Shown here piece after piece: positions 47,781 to 61,016 of a stretch of 64,000 nt of DNA (positions are counted from its first letter, which is position 1; each line of letters opens with the position of its first letter). The DNA comes from Mobula hypostoma (taxonomy: Eukaryota): positions 11,534,001 to 11,598,000 of the forward strand of contig NC_086101.1 in NCBI RefSeq assembly GCF_963921235.1. The letters are read 5' to 3'. The position numbers and the translations under genes are program-made. The notes under the pieces were generated by a model. That model saw only the letters and a program-made list of their open reading frames with translations. It searched no databases and was not told where the DNA came from.

Positions 47781-49279
47781 TGAAGGAGCCTTTGGCAGCT
47801 TTGTGCCTGGAGTCACAGAAAATTAGAATATGTGGAAATCTCATTGAAACCTACCAAATGTTGAAAAGATTAGATAGGGTAGATGTGGAGAGGATGTTTC
47901 CTATGGTGGGGGTATCCATAACTACAGGGCACAGCCTCAAAACTGAGGGGCGACACTTTAGAACAGAGGTAAGGAGGATTTTTTTTTAGCCAGAGAGTAG
48001 TAAACCTGAGGACTGCTCTGCTACAGACTGCGGTGGAAGTTGGTTGTTTCCTGATCAGTCGGAGCATCAAGGGATATGGCGAGGAGGCAAGTGTATGGGG
48101 TTGAGTGGGATCCAGGCTCAGCCATGCTGGAATAGCAGAGCAGATCAATGGGCTGAATGGCCTAATTCTGCTCCTATGTCTTATGGTCATCACTGCTGGC
48201 TGTTCGTTCCACACACTCAACACTTTTTCTGTAAAAGCTGAACAGGTTTTGGAACCCTTATCTAAGAAATTATGCCCTATCGTTGGATAGGGTGCAGAGG
48301 AACACACGAGGAACTTCGGCCCTGTACTTGCTGGAATTCGTAAGAACGAGGATGCATCTCATCGAAACCTACTGGATATTGAAAGCTCTGATTACAGCAG
48401 ACGTACAGAGAATGTTTCCAAAAGTGAGGGACTCTATGACCAGTGTACATAGCCTCAAAAATTATACATGTCCCTTAGAATAGACATGAGAAGGGATTTA
48501 TTTAGCCAGAGGGTGGTGAATCTGTGAAAGTCATTATCATAGACGGCTGTGTCACTGGGTATATTTAAAGCAGAGGTTGGTAAGGACACTAAAGATTAGA
48601 AGGAGAAGGCAAGAGAATGAAATCAAGAGGGATAATAAATCATTCGTGACCCAATGTCGGAGCTCAAAGGACCGCATGGCCCAATTCTGTGTCTATGTTT
48701 TAAAGTCTAAAGAGTAAAATTTATTGAAAGAGTGTATTAAGGTAAACGATTAAGTGCAAATCATAATGAGTTAGATTGTGAAGTAAAATATCGATCTTAT
48801 ACAATAAGTTCGTTTCAGACTCTGGTAACCGTGGGATACAAATTGTTTTTGAATTTGGTGATAAGTTCTATCAGGCTTTTGTATGTTCTGTCTGATGGGC
48901 GAGGAGAGCCCACCTCGTCCAGGGTGGGCGAGGGCCTTTGATTATTTAAGAATTTAAATTAAAATATAAAAGCACCGAATGACGCTGTGGGCTTTAAAGA
49001 CTTTTTCATTTCGCTATGTTTTTTCCTTTATCTCCAAGGCTCAGCGATTCTCTCTCATCTAATTAATGAACAAATCACGATTGGACAGTGATCACAGAAT
49101 CTGCTTCCGGAAGAGCATCCTTACCGGGGAACAAGAATTTTCCCTCATTCCCTGGGGGTGGTGGTCTTTTCAGCCGCATTACTAACAATACCTGGTGTGC
49201 TTGGGAATTACCATCTTGCCTTATTGCAACAGGGGATCTGTTAACAGCAGAATAGAATCTGGCCTTGGACGTGCTTCCA

Positions 49280-49715
49280 GGTTTTTCTATCTCCGGCCTG
49301 ACGGGAGAAGAAGAGATCGTGTGTGAGATTGGTAGGGTCCTTGATTATGTTTGCTGCTTTACCGAGACAGCAAGAAATGTGAACAGAGTTACATGGAGGA
49401 GAGGCTGACTTCCATGAGCTGTCCACAACTCTCTGCATTTTCTTGCAGTGACCAGATCGATGAAAATTGGTGAAAGCCAAAGGAGCAAGCTAAATTACTT
49501 TAGCCTCTGGAGGAAGTAGAGCTGGTGAGCTTTCTTGGCTATGGTTGGACCAGGACCAGTTATTGGTCATGTTTACTCCGAGGAACACGAAGCTCTCCAT
49601 CCTCTCAGTATCAGCATCATTGATGTAAACAGGAGCATGTGCCCCACTCATCATCCTGAAGTCTATGATCATTTGCTGTTGTTTTTCTGACATTGAAAGA
49701 AAGATTGTTGTCATA
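49280..49715 (-). mobile_element. Rex1/Babar-type LINE fragment
   Basis: MIIDFR...APVYIND...ESFVFLGVNMTNNWSWS; CLGKAANIIKDP. Confidence 0.75.
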
Positions 49716-50264
49716 ACAGCGTGTTAATCTTCCTGTATTGCAATTTATCGTCATCTTGAGTTTCAGCTCACTATTCCTCATTACCCTAGGGATGGGGGTC
49801 TCTCCAGCCAAATTGTTAACAATTCCTGGTTTGCTTGGGAATTCTCATCTTGTGTGCTTATGAACGCTCTTCGACACCAAGGCAGTAGGTTTTCCGACGG
49901 CTTCTTGTAATCTCGGTGCTGAAGCACAAAAGGAGCAGGGGAGGCTTGTTCAGAAGTAAGTGGCATTTTCCGAAGGATTACAGTTAAAACGAACTGGCCG
50001 CTGACAGTAAATAGTCCCGTGTTGCCAGCACAGTTGGAGCGCAAACCCCAAAACGACAATGGTGCATTGAGCGGTTGATTATATTTAATCGAGCAGCAGG
50101 GGAGATGAGTCAAAAGCTTTTTGAAAAGTTGTTTCTGATTGGCTAAGTGTGTGGCAACTCAACCCACAAACATTCAAAAAAGTTCGGATATGGCCCAAGT
50201 TCAAAGTTCAAAGTAAAACTTCATGTCACCATATACAACCCTCAGATTCTTTTTCTGCGGGCGG

Positions 50265-50395
50265 ACAGAAACAGACAGAGAGAGATAGAGAGACAGAAAC
50301 AGAGTCAGAGACAAACAGAGAGAGAAAGAAGAAAGAGAGAGAGGGAACGAGAGAGAGAGTGCGCGCGCGCGCGCACACACACACACACACACATA
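50265..50395. repeat. Compound microsatellite (GA)n-(GC)n-(CA)n
   Basis: Visible directly in the sequence. Confidence 0.9.
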
Positions 50396-50833
50396 GAAAT
50401 TGCCGAATCTGTTCCGCAGCCGCTGCGGGGGCGTGAAGACTCCGCTTCAGAGTCCCTGGTTGTGTCTCTGTGACTCTACGCGCAGCTCCCGAGATGCTAC
50501 AGACCTCTGTTAGGTGGAAGTCTAGGATGAGAGATTTGCCCAGTGTGTCATCAGCCAGGCTCCAAGAACGTTCCTAAGGAGCATACCCTTCCAATCTACA
50601 AGGTACTGGACCTACCCCTTTTCCCAGCGAGACGCCAGGAGACGCCGCACAGTATAGATCTGGGAAGCATCCACTAAGCGGGGAGGAGGGGATGGTGGGC
50701 TGACTGGAGCCATGGGAACGCAAGTAATCGGCTTGAGGTTGGAAACATGGAGCACTGGGTGGATCTTCATTGATGATGGTAGACGCAACCTATACGAGAC
50801 CTTGTTGAAAGCCTTTTCCACTACGAATGGTCC

Positions 50834-51031
50834 GCCCCAGAAGGCAGTGGAGGCCAAGTCTCTCGATGTTTTCAAGAAAGAGATGGATAGAGCTCTTAAA
50901 GATAGCGGAATCAAAGGTTATAGGGATAAGGCAGGAACTGGATACTGATTGCCATGATCACAGTGAATGGCTGTGCTGGCTCGAAGGGCCGAATGGCCTA
51001 CTCTTGCACCTATTGTCTATTATTGTCTATT
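50834..51031 (+). mobile_element. Short CR1 3' fragment inside the Gypsy integrase
   Basis: QKAVEAKSLDVFKKEMDRAL and CR1 3' UTR with (tattgtc) tail. Confidence 0.85.
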
Positions 51032-51070
51032 GGCATAGCATGGGGCCAACTTGGGACTCTCAGCTTTCAG

Positions 51071-52405
51071 GAGTTGGTAAGTTGATGGAGAAGATCCTGA
51101 GAGGCAGGATTTATGAACATTTGGAGAGGCATCATATGATTAGGAATAGTCAGCATGGCTTTGTCAGAGGCAGGTTGTGCCTTATAAGCCTGATTGAATT
51201 TTTTGAGGTGGTGACTAAACATATTGATGAAGGTGGAATAGTAGATGTAGTGTTTATGGATTTCAGCAAGGCATTTGATAAAGTACCCTATGCAAGGCTT
51301 ATTGAGAAAATAAGGAAGCATGTGATCCAAGGGGACATTGCTTTGTGGATCCAGAACTGGCTTGCACACAGAAGACAAAGACTGGTTGTAGATGGGTCAT
51401 ATTCTGCATGTAGGTCGGTCACCGGTGGTGTGCCTCGGGGATCTGTTCTGGGACCCCTTCATGATTTTTTTAAATGACCTGGATGAGGAAGTGGAAGGAT
51501 GGGATAGCAAATATGCCGATGACACAAAGGTTGGGATGTTGTGGATAGTATGGAGGGTTGTCAGAGGTTACAGCAGGACATTGATAGGCTGAGAAGCGAC
51601 AGATGGAGTTCAACCCAGATAAGCGTGAAGTGGTTCATTTTGCTAGGTCAAATATGATGACAGAATATACAAAGTAGTATTAATGGTAAGACTCTTGGCA
51701 GTATGGAAGATTGGGGTCCAAATCCATAGGACACCCAAAGCTGCTGCGCAGTTTTGGCTGTGTGGTTAAGAAGGTATTGGGTGTATTGGCCTTCATCAAC
51801 CGTGGGATTGAGTTCAAGTGCCAAGAGGTAATGTTACAGCTATATAGGATCCTGGTCAGACCCCACTTGGAGTACTGTGCTCAGTTCTGGTCACCTCACT
51901 ACAGGAAGATTGTGGACACTATAGAAAGGATGCAGAGGAGATTTACAGGGATATTGCCTGGATTGGCGAGCATGACTTATGAAAACAGGTTGAGTGAACT
52001 TGGCCTTTTCTCCTTGGAGCGACGGAGGATGAGAGATGACCTGATAGAGGTGTATAAGATGATGAGAGGCATTGACTGTGTGGATAGTCAGAGGCTTTTT
52101 CCCAGGGCTGAAATGGCTAGCACGAGAGGGCACAGTTTTAAGGTGCTTGGAGGGAGGTAAAGAGGAGATGTCAGGGTATTTTTTTATGCAGAGTGGTGAG
52201 TGCATGGAATGGGCTGCAGGCGACGGTGGTGGAAGCGGATATGAAAGGGTCTTTTCAGAGACTCCTGGATAGGTACATGGAGCTTAGAAAGATAGAGGGC
52301 TATGGGTAACCCGAGGTAATTTCTAAAGTAAGTACATGTTCGGCACAGCTTTGTGGGCCGAAAGGCCTATATTGTGCTGTAGGTTTTCTATGTTTCTATT
52401 TTTCT
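51071..52405 (+). mobile_element. CR1 RT and 3' portion inside the Gypsy integrase
   Basis: VGKLMEKIL, DFSKAFDKVP, YADDTK, LVRPHLEYC, (ttctatgt) tail. Confidence 0.9.
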
Positions 52406-55400
52406 AAGGTCCCTTGATGCCAGCCAGACCTTGTTTCCTGGCTTGAGAGGCCTCACCTGTCGGCGGAGCTGATCAGCCTGACGGGCATGTTGTTTCTCAG
52501 CACGCAACAGAGAAGCCCTGGCTCGTCTCCGGGTATGCTGGTAGCGGTGGATCAGCTGTTAAACAGCAGAAACTCCCACATCAGTCTCTTGGTCATGGAA
52601 GAGAAGAGGATGGAATCCCTTCTGGCATTCAAAGGTGGCATGCCGGTGGAGGAGGACTAGTGGTTATTGTAGGCGATCTCTGCCGAGACCAATTCAGAGT
52701 TCCAGGACGTGGGGTTGGAGGAGGCAAGACAGCACAGTGATGTCTCCAACTCCTGATTCACTCTGAGCTTGACCATTACTTTTGAGGCGGAAACCAGACA
52801 AGAGGCTGGCGGTGGCTGCTACAAGAGAGCAGAAAGCCTTCCAAAAACGTGATGTGAACTGTGGACCTCGATCAGACACAATGTCCTGAGGGAAGCCATG
52901 CAGCCTGAACAAACGTTGACCCATGAGTGTCGCAGTCTTCCGAGCCGATGGGAGCTCGGGGAGGGAAGTGCGCAGCCTTGGAAAACCAAAGTTGTAGTGT
53001 TTCCAGGAGACGGGATCAGACCAGTGATGAAATCCACCGAGAGGTGGGACCAGGGGCGTGGGGCACGGGCAACGGGCATAACAGACCCGCGGGGCGCTGG
53101 CCTTGTTCTGAGCACAAATGGGACAGGCAGAGACGAAGTCGTGAATATCCTGGGACATAGATGGCCACCAAAATCATCTGTTGATAAACACACTGATCGG
53201 TTGAATTCCCGGATGCCTAACCGGATGGGAGTGACCCCATCCCAACACTTTGGAGCGCAGTGTAGCAGAGACAAACAGCCAGTTGGGAGGTCCCCCACAT
53301 GGGCCTGGATTCGAAAGTTGGGTAACCCTCACCTCCTTCTCTATTCCCCATTTCACTGGAGCAGCAATGCACGGGCAAGGATGGACGGGCTCTAGATCAG
53401 CATTGTCTTCAGACACGTCGGACTGCCGGGAGAGCGCGTTGCCTTGGTATTCTTGCTGCTGGGAAGATAGCTGAGGATAAAATTAAACCGGGAGAAGAAG
53501 GGAGCCCAATAAGCTTGACGGGAATTATGCCTCTTAGCGTCCCGAATGTCGGAAAGGTTCTTGTGATCTGTCTAACATAAAAATCTCTGTCCCCTCGGCC
53601 AGCGTCGCCATTCTTCCAGGGCCTTGTTGACAGCCGGAAGTTCTCGATTCCCGACGTCGTAGTTACTCCCTGCCGGAGTCAAGCGACGGGAAAGAAAGGC
53701 ACAAGTATGCTTCTGGCTATCTACAGAGGAGCGCTGAGAGAGTGTACAGCTCCAATGCCGTCGTACGATGCGTCCACCTCGACAACTAACGGTCGGGATG
53801 GGTCTGTGTGTTGCAGCACCGGGGCAGTGGTGAAGCGTCGCTTTGGTTCCGAGAACGATTGGTCTGCTGCGTTTGTCGAATGGAATCCTGGTGAGTGCAT
53901 TCATGGGGGGGCGGAGGGGGGCGCGGCTGAGCTGAAACTTCAAATGAAGCGGAGATAAAAGTTCGCAAACCTCATTAAGCGCCGCATCTGTTTGACTGTC
54001 GATGGTTTTGGGCCACTCAGTGACCGCCTGAACTTTTCTTGGGTCAGTTTGAACACTGAAAGGGTTAAATATGTAGCCCAAAATCGACACCTGGTATTTA
54101 TGGAACTCACACCTCTCTGGCGTGGTGTACAGGTTGTTCTCGAGCAGCCGTCCAAGAGCCTTCCGGACATGCTGGGCGTCTTCATGGAAAGTGCGGAATA
54201 CATCAGACTGTCGTCCAAATACGCAAAAACGGGCTGGTTCAACATGTCCCTGAGCAGATCGTTTGACCAGGGCCTGAAAATCACCGGGGGCTTGGGCCAG
54301 ACCAAAAGGCATCACAAGGTACTTATCGTGGCCAGTAGAGGTGTTGAAAGCTGTCTTCCACTCATTCCCTTCTCTGATACGAACCAGGTAATAAGCATCT
54401 ATCATGGAAAGTATCATTTCGCCCCGGAGATGTTCGAAAGCAGAGGCAAACAGGAGAAGAGCGTAGCGGTTCTTGCAGAGACGAAGCTTACCACCCTTCT
54501 TGTTCACAAAAAGGAAGCCTGCCCCTGCTGGCGAGGTTGACGGACGGATAAACCTCAAGGCCAACGTCTCCTTCATTTACTTGTCCATGGTCATCGGGGT
54601 CACCGGAGTATCTGCCTGGTGGAGGAATACTTGGTTCTGGGCCAGACGCGGGAGTCAGGGCATTAGCGGCCGAGGTTCTTGGGGCCGCAGTAAAGGAGGA
54701 TCTGCGGGATGCTGGGAGTGGGACCGACGCAGCCGGAGGCTGCTGAATTGCGTTGGCGAGAATGCTAATACTCACAGTTGGTAGTTCGTGGACTGCGGCC
54801 GTGCGGCCACCTGACTCCGATTGTCTGTGTTGAGCTGCAGAACAGTTGCTGCGAGGGACGACTCCTGTTCCTGCAACTGGCACTGGGTTTGTCGAACTGA
54901 GATTATTTGCCACATTGCTTTGATAACTTCACCCAACACAGATTCGATCGCTTCTAACTTCTCCCCTACCTGGCCAATGAACTTCAGGGCCAAGGTCAGT
55001 TGTTCTCTCGCTCTGATGGGTCCATTTGCGTTGTTGAGACTAGCAGTCAAATGTTTGGATATGACACAACTATGGCGAGAGAAAGACACTGACACCTGTC
55101 GACAGTTCACTGACTTTAATAAGAACTGTTGCAGAATTGAAAGGAAAAGAAAAAACAATAAATGCTATGTCAACAGAACTGTTTACTAAAGTCCTCAAAC
55201 TGAAACTTAATGTCAGTGCTGCGTCTGGAAACAATAACTAATACTAAAGGAATACCACTCCTTGACAGTGCCATTTGAAACGGTAGTTCTCTTTCCCAGA
55301 CAAGGATGAGAGTACGCAGGGTGGCTGTGCTTTAGGGCAAGTCTCGACAAGGCTACAACAAAAAGAAGGGAGTTTAATACCGCCATAATGAACCACCATA

Positions 55401-55549
55401 GCTAGAACATGCATACACACTAGCACAATTGCCGAACCCATTGCACAGATCACCTGCAAGTCTGTGTAGACTCTGCCGTGGAGTTTATTGTTGTGACAAC
55501 AAAGGGAAGGTAAGGTGAAGTGGGGCAGCCACTTTAGATTCATTCAGCG

Positions 55550-56530
55550 TAGGGATGGGGAGCCGAGGCTCTGCTTCGGCGAGGAGGCCTGCATGAGGAA
55601 AAGGAGAAGTTTTTACTTTCCTGTTAATCCATGCCATTTGACTTAGTAGACGAAACGGCAGTAAGGACAGCAGAATGTTCCTCCTGCAATATGCGGCAGG
55701 TCACGGAGTCTGAAGTCCTCCTTCTTGTTCACTCAGCGGATCAACTGGATCGAGCAACTGGAGCTGCTGCTGAAGGTACTCAGAACCAATACTGGAGTTT
55801 TAGTGAGGCCTTCACACCTGAGCGGCAGGCTGCAGGTAAATGTGTGATGACACAGAGAAGAAAGCAGAGTAGGTAGACAGTGCAGGATTCCCAAATCATC
55901 ATTCTCCTCAGGTATTCCATTTTGAGAGGGATCAACTCTCATTTGCCAACAGCCTTTGGGTCAGTGGTATCGTGCCTGGCTCTGAGACAAAGAAGGGAAC
56001 GACGGTGTCTGGCAGAAAAATAGCAAAAGGGGACTGGATAGTCAGGTGTGTGGATAAGTATTTTTGTGCCTGCAATTGGACTCCAGGATGGTGTGTTGCC
56101 TCCCTACTGTGAATGCCAATGATGCCTCACAGTGGATGTATGACATACTGACAGTGGCCATGGTTCAATGTCAAAGCGGGAGTAGGGCTGAGGTCCTGAA
56201 AAGGGATTTTAGAGAAAAAAGGGTAGAAAGTTTAAAAAGCAAAACATCGAGGGCTCTCATCTCCTGGTGACTACTTGTGCTGCATGGTAGTAAGGTGAGA
56301 GATAGACAAATAATACAATTTAATATGTGGTGAAAGAGCTGCTGCAGAATAGGGGGCTTCACATTTATGTGTGTATGTTTGGGCAGGTGGGACCTTTAGA
56401 AACTATAACAGTTTACACCTGAAATGGAACCAACATTCTCACTGGGAGGTTTGCTTGTGCTACTTGTGAGGGTTTAAATTAGAATGGCATGGGGTACGGG
56501 TACCACAATAGTAGGGCAGAGGGCAAGAAA
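55550..56530 (+). mobile_element. Old CR1 5' UTR/ORF1 remnant
   Basis: AECSSCNMRQV zinc-finger start, SRMVCCLP, LKSKTSR; ORF1 end ggt tta aat tag. Confidence 0.7.
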
Positions 56531-56822
56531 TTTGGTATGACAAGTAAAACTGAAAGGAAGACATCATGGAATAGGCTAATAAACACAGTTAACAAACATG
56601 TCATAAGCTGATATGTTTATTCCAACAATAGTGAATGTTATGTGTAAGGAGGAGGAACTTGGAGTACAAGGAATTACTTGGCTGGTAAATATGAGCTCAC
56701 AACTTTCCTTTGTACTACAGACTGGCCTGAGCCAGTTTTGATGAGAAACCAGTCTAGTATTTACTGTCTGAATCACACTTCAGCTTCACAAACAAAGAAA
56801 CTATATTTAAAGGAAATGAACC

Positions 56823-57626
56823 TGTCACGTACCACGTGACAGGTTAAAGAACCAGCAGAAATAGAAAACACTTTGGAGTCTGGTATTGCTATTAAATAAT
56901 GGTATTTATTAGGAACTACGCAATACAGCAATATAAAATCAGATATATCAAACAGGTTAGCAATGATTATATATATAAGTGTGGAAATATAAAAACCAAG
57001 CTTCTTCAAGCCTAGGGGTAAATGGATACAGTCTTACGGTGATGAGTAAATTTCAGTTCAGTTCGTGGTTTTGAGTTGAGTAGTGATGGAGAGAGAGAGG
57101 GAGAGATTTGAGTCTTCAGGTGAGCTGATGCTGTCGATCTTCCCGTTGTCCTCCGAAATCCTTTAGAAGTCACCGACTGTGACCACAACAAAGGAGACCA
57201 TTTTTCTGTGGTGTAATTATTAACCCAGGCGAGGGTTGGAAACACTAATAACTCCCCACCAGTCACACCTTTTCCACACTGCGAGAGCCACTGATCGATC
57301 CTCCAAAACCCACCTTTCTGTGGGCACAACAAAGCTCATCCAGTGTCCAAAACCATGTGTCTGTCAGTCTATCAGCTGACCTTCTATTTATCTCACACGC
57401 TGAACACCAGCTATCCATCAAGTTGCTCCTCCCTTCTCTCTCTGTAAGAACACAGAAGCTGGCAGTGTCCTTGCAAAAGTGTAAACATGCTGCAGAGAAA
57501 CCATAACACCATCCCAAAGCAGTCTTCGCCTCTCTCTCTCTTAATAACAAGGTGTCTGTGTTGAACAACTCTCTCTCTCTCTTTTTAGAAGTACACTTCA
57601 TAGGGATAATACAGGATCCCGTCACA
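56823..57626 (-). mobile_element. Solo LTR (804 bp), Gypsy-like
   Basis: tgtcacg...cgtcaca ends; perfect 4-bp TSD aacc (56819-56822, 57627-57630); minus-strand AATAAA near 56905. Confidence 0.82.
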
Positions 57627-57799
57627 AACCAAATATACAATTTGCTAAGAGTCTACAGACAAAACAGGATTGTACATTCGCAAGTGTAAAGAAAACTAAA
57701 ACTACAAGGAATAACAATAAAAAAAATTACCTGGATCCTAATCCAACTCTAGACTGGGGAGCCTTGCGTTAGTGGTGGCGAGTCTCATATCATTGATTG

Positions 57800-58080
57800 C
57801 ATACAGTGCAGAATAGGCTCTTCTGGCCCTTCAAACCGCACAAACCAGCAACCCCCAACAACCTTGATTTAACTCTAACAGGACGATTTACAATGACAAA
57901 CTAACCTACCCTGCAGGTCTTTGGACTGTTGGAGGGAAATGGAGGACCCAGAGAAAAACAATGTATTCCATGAGTAGGGCATACAGAGACGCCTTATAGA
58001 GGGTGTCGGGATTGAACCCCGAACTCTGACACCCTGAGCTGTCATAGCATTTTACTAACTGCAACAGTAGCTTGGCGCCC
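57800..58080 (-). mobile_element. V-SINE, antisense
   Basis: Reverse B box (gggattgaaccc) and V domain gtctttggactgttggaggg. Confidence 0.7.
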
Positions 58081-59337
58081 AATGGTGAGGAGTCCTAGTT
58101 GTCATAGTGTTGCACTTCGTCTGCAGCGCCAAACAACTTCTTCACATCATTTCTTCAATTTTTTAAAAGGGCTTCTCATAACTCCATGCACAATTCCAAG
58201 TGTTTGATTGAGAATGCAGTCAGTAAACTGGTTCTTAATGATAAAACTTCTCTGCAGTATTAATGAGCCAGTGGTGGCGCTATCTTTGGTTGGATTTTGT
58301 AGGACTGGGAGTATTATATATTGAACTGATTTGAAGGAAAACCCAGTGGTAGGATTTATGCCTTCCAGTATTGAGGTTTTGGAGACCCTCTGTGGAACTA
58401 TGTGCAGAGCAGCAGACCGGCCCTTTAGAAGTTCAATAGCAATAAATAATATATGGAACATGGACCCATACAGCACAGGGCATGCCCTCAGATCCACAAA
58501 ATTTTGCTGAACAAATTAGTAATGAAAAGCTGAACTAATTTTATCAATTCTGCTTAAACAATAGCCATATCTGTCCATTTCCTGCATATTCATGTGCCTA
58601 TCTCACATCTTTATCACTTGTCTCCATCACCACCCGACTAGCACATTCCAGACTCCAAACGTTCTCTGTGAATCTGTAAAGAAAACACTTACCCACACAT
58701 CTTCTTTGCATTTGTCCCTTCTCGCCATACAAGCATGCCCCTAATATTAGGCATTTCAGTCCCAAGGAAAAGATGCTGAGTACTCTATCTAGGCCTCTTA
58801 TAATCTTATAACCTTAATCAGATGAAGCCTAACTAGTGTTTTATAAAGGTGCAACAAAACTTCCTGGCTTGTGAGCTCAATTCTTTGACCAATAAAGGCA
58901 AGCATGTCATACACTATCTGTCCAATTCTAGCAACCTGTGTGTAGCCTCTTGCAGGGAGATATGGACTTGCACCCCAATATCCTCTATAGTTAAGTGTTC
59001 GAATTTCTGTGGTCTCCAACCCCAGATATCAACTCTACAGTTGAATTTCTGCAGCCCTGGACTTCCAGGTTGCTATAATAATGGTCACATTCGAAATTGC
59101 TGATGGGGCATGGTAACGAAGAGATGTAGAAGTCCCGCCTGAAGACCCTTCCGTTTAGAAGTTATTTGACTAAGGCTGTCACAATGACCTTTTTTTTCCC
59201 CTGAACAGATACTGCAAAGTTCGAAAGCTCAAAGTTCAAAGTTCATTTATTATCGAAGTATAAATGCAGTATACAGCCCTGAAAATCATCTTCCCCACAG
59301 ACAGTCATAAATCAAAAGAGAACAAAGGAACCAAACC

Positions 59338-59738
59338 TATGTCTTAGTTTGGAGAAAATTAGAAGTCAAGCTTTTGAACCTATGTTTGATTTTGAGAAAA
59401 GATGGGGTTCATTTGCTCGTTACTATCATTTGAATTAATTGATAGGTTTCCTCCACAATCTAATTGTAAATTTTTGGTAATTTTTTCTTGCTGGCAGTTT
59501 GATGTTTATCTTTAGAAGCTTTTTGTATGTCACATGGCTCCGGGATTGAACACCTAATGGTATTTTTTCCCCACTTTTCCTTGTTTAGTAGGGTTTTTTT
59601 TCTTTTTTTTTGTCTCCAAAATTTTTTCAATCTTTAAAATAATGTTTTTTTTCTTGAGACATTGTAAATGTTGCCTACTTCGATGTACTCTTGTTAATTT
59701 TGGATAATAATAATAAAAAGATTTGAAAAGAAAGAAAA
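59338..59738 (+). mobile_element. L1 3' fragment
   Basis: LCLSLEKIRS...FEKRWGSF...* (L1 ORF2-type C-terminus), T-rich UTR, AATAAA and A-rich tail. Confidence 0.65.
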
Positions 59739-59974
59739 CATTAAAGATCAAACACCCCTGCCTTCCGTGCGCAAAAGAAATAGTTCAAACAACAACAAAA
59801 TACCATCAAAAGGCATACTTCAGTACAGTTCAGTAGTGGAGGTGGGGAGGAGTGTAATTAACATAGGATAAATTTTATCCTGGTGCAATGAACAACCCTC
59901 AAGCAATGTTACCAAACCTGGTCACTGTCACATCTTCCTGCGCACATGCCTGTTATCATGTGACTGTCCTCCAC

Positions 59975-60395
59975 AGGTGGCTGTGGCAATGAATTCCACA
60001 GATTCACCACCCTCTGGTTAAGAAAATTCCAATGCTTTATAAAGCCTCAACATTGCATTCTTGTGTTTATATTCCAGTCCTCTCAAAATGGAATGGCAAC
60101 CTTGCAGTTGCCTTTCTTATTACCAACTCAGTCTGCAAGTTAACCTTTAGGGAATTCTGCACAAGGACTCCCAAGTCCCTTTGGGCCTTTGATTTCTGAA
60201 TTTCCTCATGTTTAGTAAATAGTCTGTGGCTTTATTACTTCTGATAAAGTGCATGACCACACATTTCCCAACACTATATTTTATCTGCCACTTATTTGCC
60301 CATTCTCCAAAACTGTCTAAGTTCTTTGGAATACTCCCAGCTTCCTCAACACTCCCTGCCCCTCCATCTATCTTCATATCATCTGCAAATTTTCA
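59975..60395 (-). mobile_element. CR1 fragment
   Basis: KIDGGAGSVEEAG...EWANKWQIKYSVGKCVVMHF. Confidence 0.8.
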
Positions 60396-60484
60396 TCTGG
60401 TCCATTTTAATCTTGATATTTTCACAAAATATAGTATTTCTGTTCTGTTGATGGATGCAGTTAATGTATTCATATTAATTGAAC

Positions 60485-60836
60485 AACACCTCCCTCTGGT
60501 GTCCTCCCCCTTCACTTTCTTCCATGGTCTTCTGTCCTCTCCTATCAGATTCCCTCTTCTCCAGCCATTTATCTCTCTCAGCAATCAATTTCCCAGCTCT
60601 TTAATTCGTACCCTCTCCGGTTTCACCCATCACCCACCACCTTGTACATCTTCATCCCCTCCCCCCACCTGCTAGCCTGACTCCTTCCCCCTTCCTATCT
60701 AGTCCCAATGAAGGGTCTTGGCCTGAAATGTCAACTGTTTACTTTTGTCGATAGATACTGCCCGGCCTGCTGAGTTCCTCCAGCATTTTGTTTGAGTTGC
60801 TTTGGATTTCCTGCATCTGCAGATTTTCTCATGTCT
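60485..60836 (+). mobile_element. Penelope-like 3' terminus with decayed hammerhead
   Basis: agtc-ccaatga-agggtcttggcct-gaaa-t-gtc-aactg (60701-60737), followed by the conserved tail cctgctgagttcctccagcattttg...gcatctgcaga. Confidence 0.75.
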
Positions 60837-61016
60837 CCAAATATTAATTCCTTTTTAATTTACTGCACTACATTTATATTTCCAGCTGTTTTATTTCCAG
60901 GTTTATTTGGGTTTAACAATGCAAAATTTGGGGATAAAATGTGACCAATTCTGCGGCAACCTGTCGCAGGCAGGTTTTCTGTTCCACTCCTGATGCTAGT
61001 CTTAGACCCAACCCGA

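Larger units (their letters stand above)
50490..55498 (-). mobile_element. Decayed chromoviral Gypsy (Sushi-like) LTR retrotransposon with probable 5' LTR at 55062-55498
   Basis: gag start MDPSE (55025), PEPSIPPPGRYSGDP; RT FIRPSTSPAGAG, EWKTAF, YLDD; RNase H YDVGNREL; IN WSHLSVDFITGL, IVSDRGPQF; GPF and chromodomain QYLVDWKGY. LTR ends tgacacaac / gttgtgaca. Confidence 0.88.

Noticed and set aside
53572..55158. Domesticated PEG10/RTL-like gene
   Set aside because: Many frameshifts and stops, a large deletion, CR1 insertions and a retained LTR.
58252..58281. CTCF-like ctgcagtatt...gccagtggtggcgct
   Set aside because: Needs a 1-bp gap in the core and the spacing is off.
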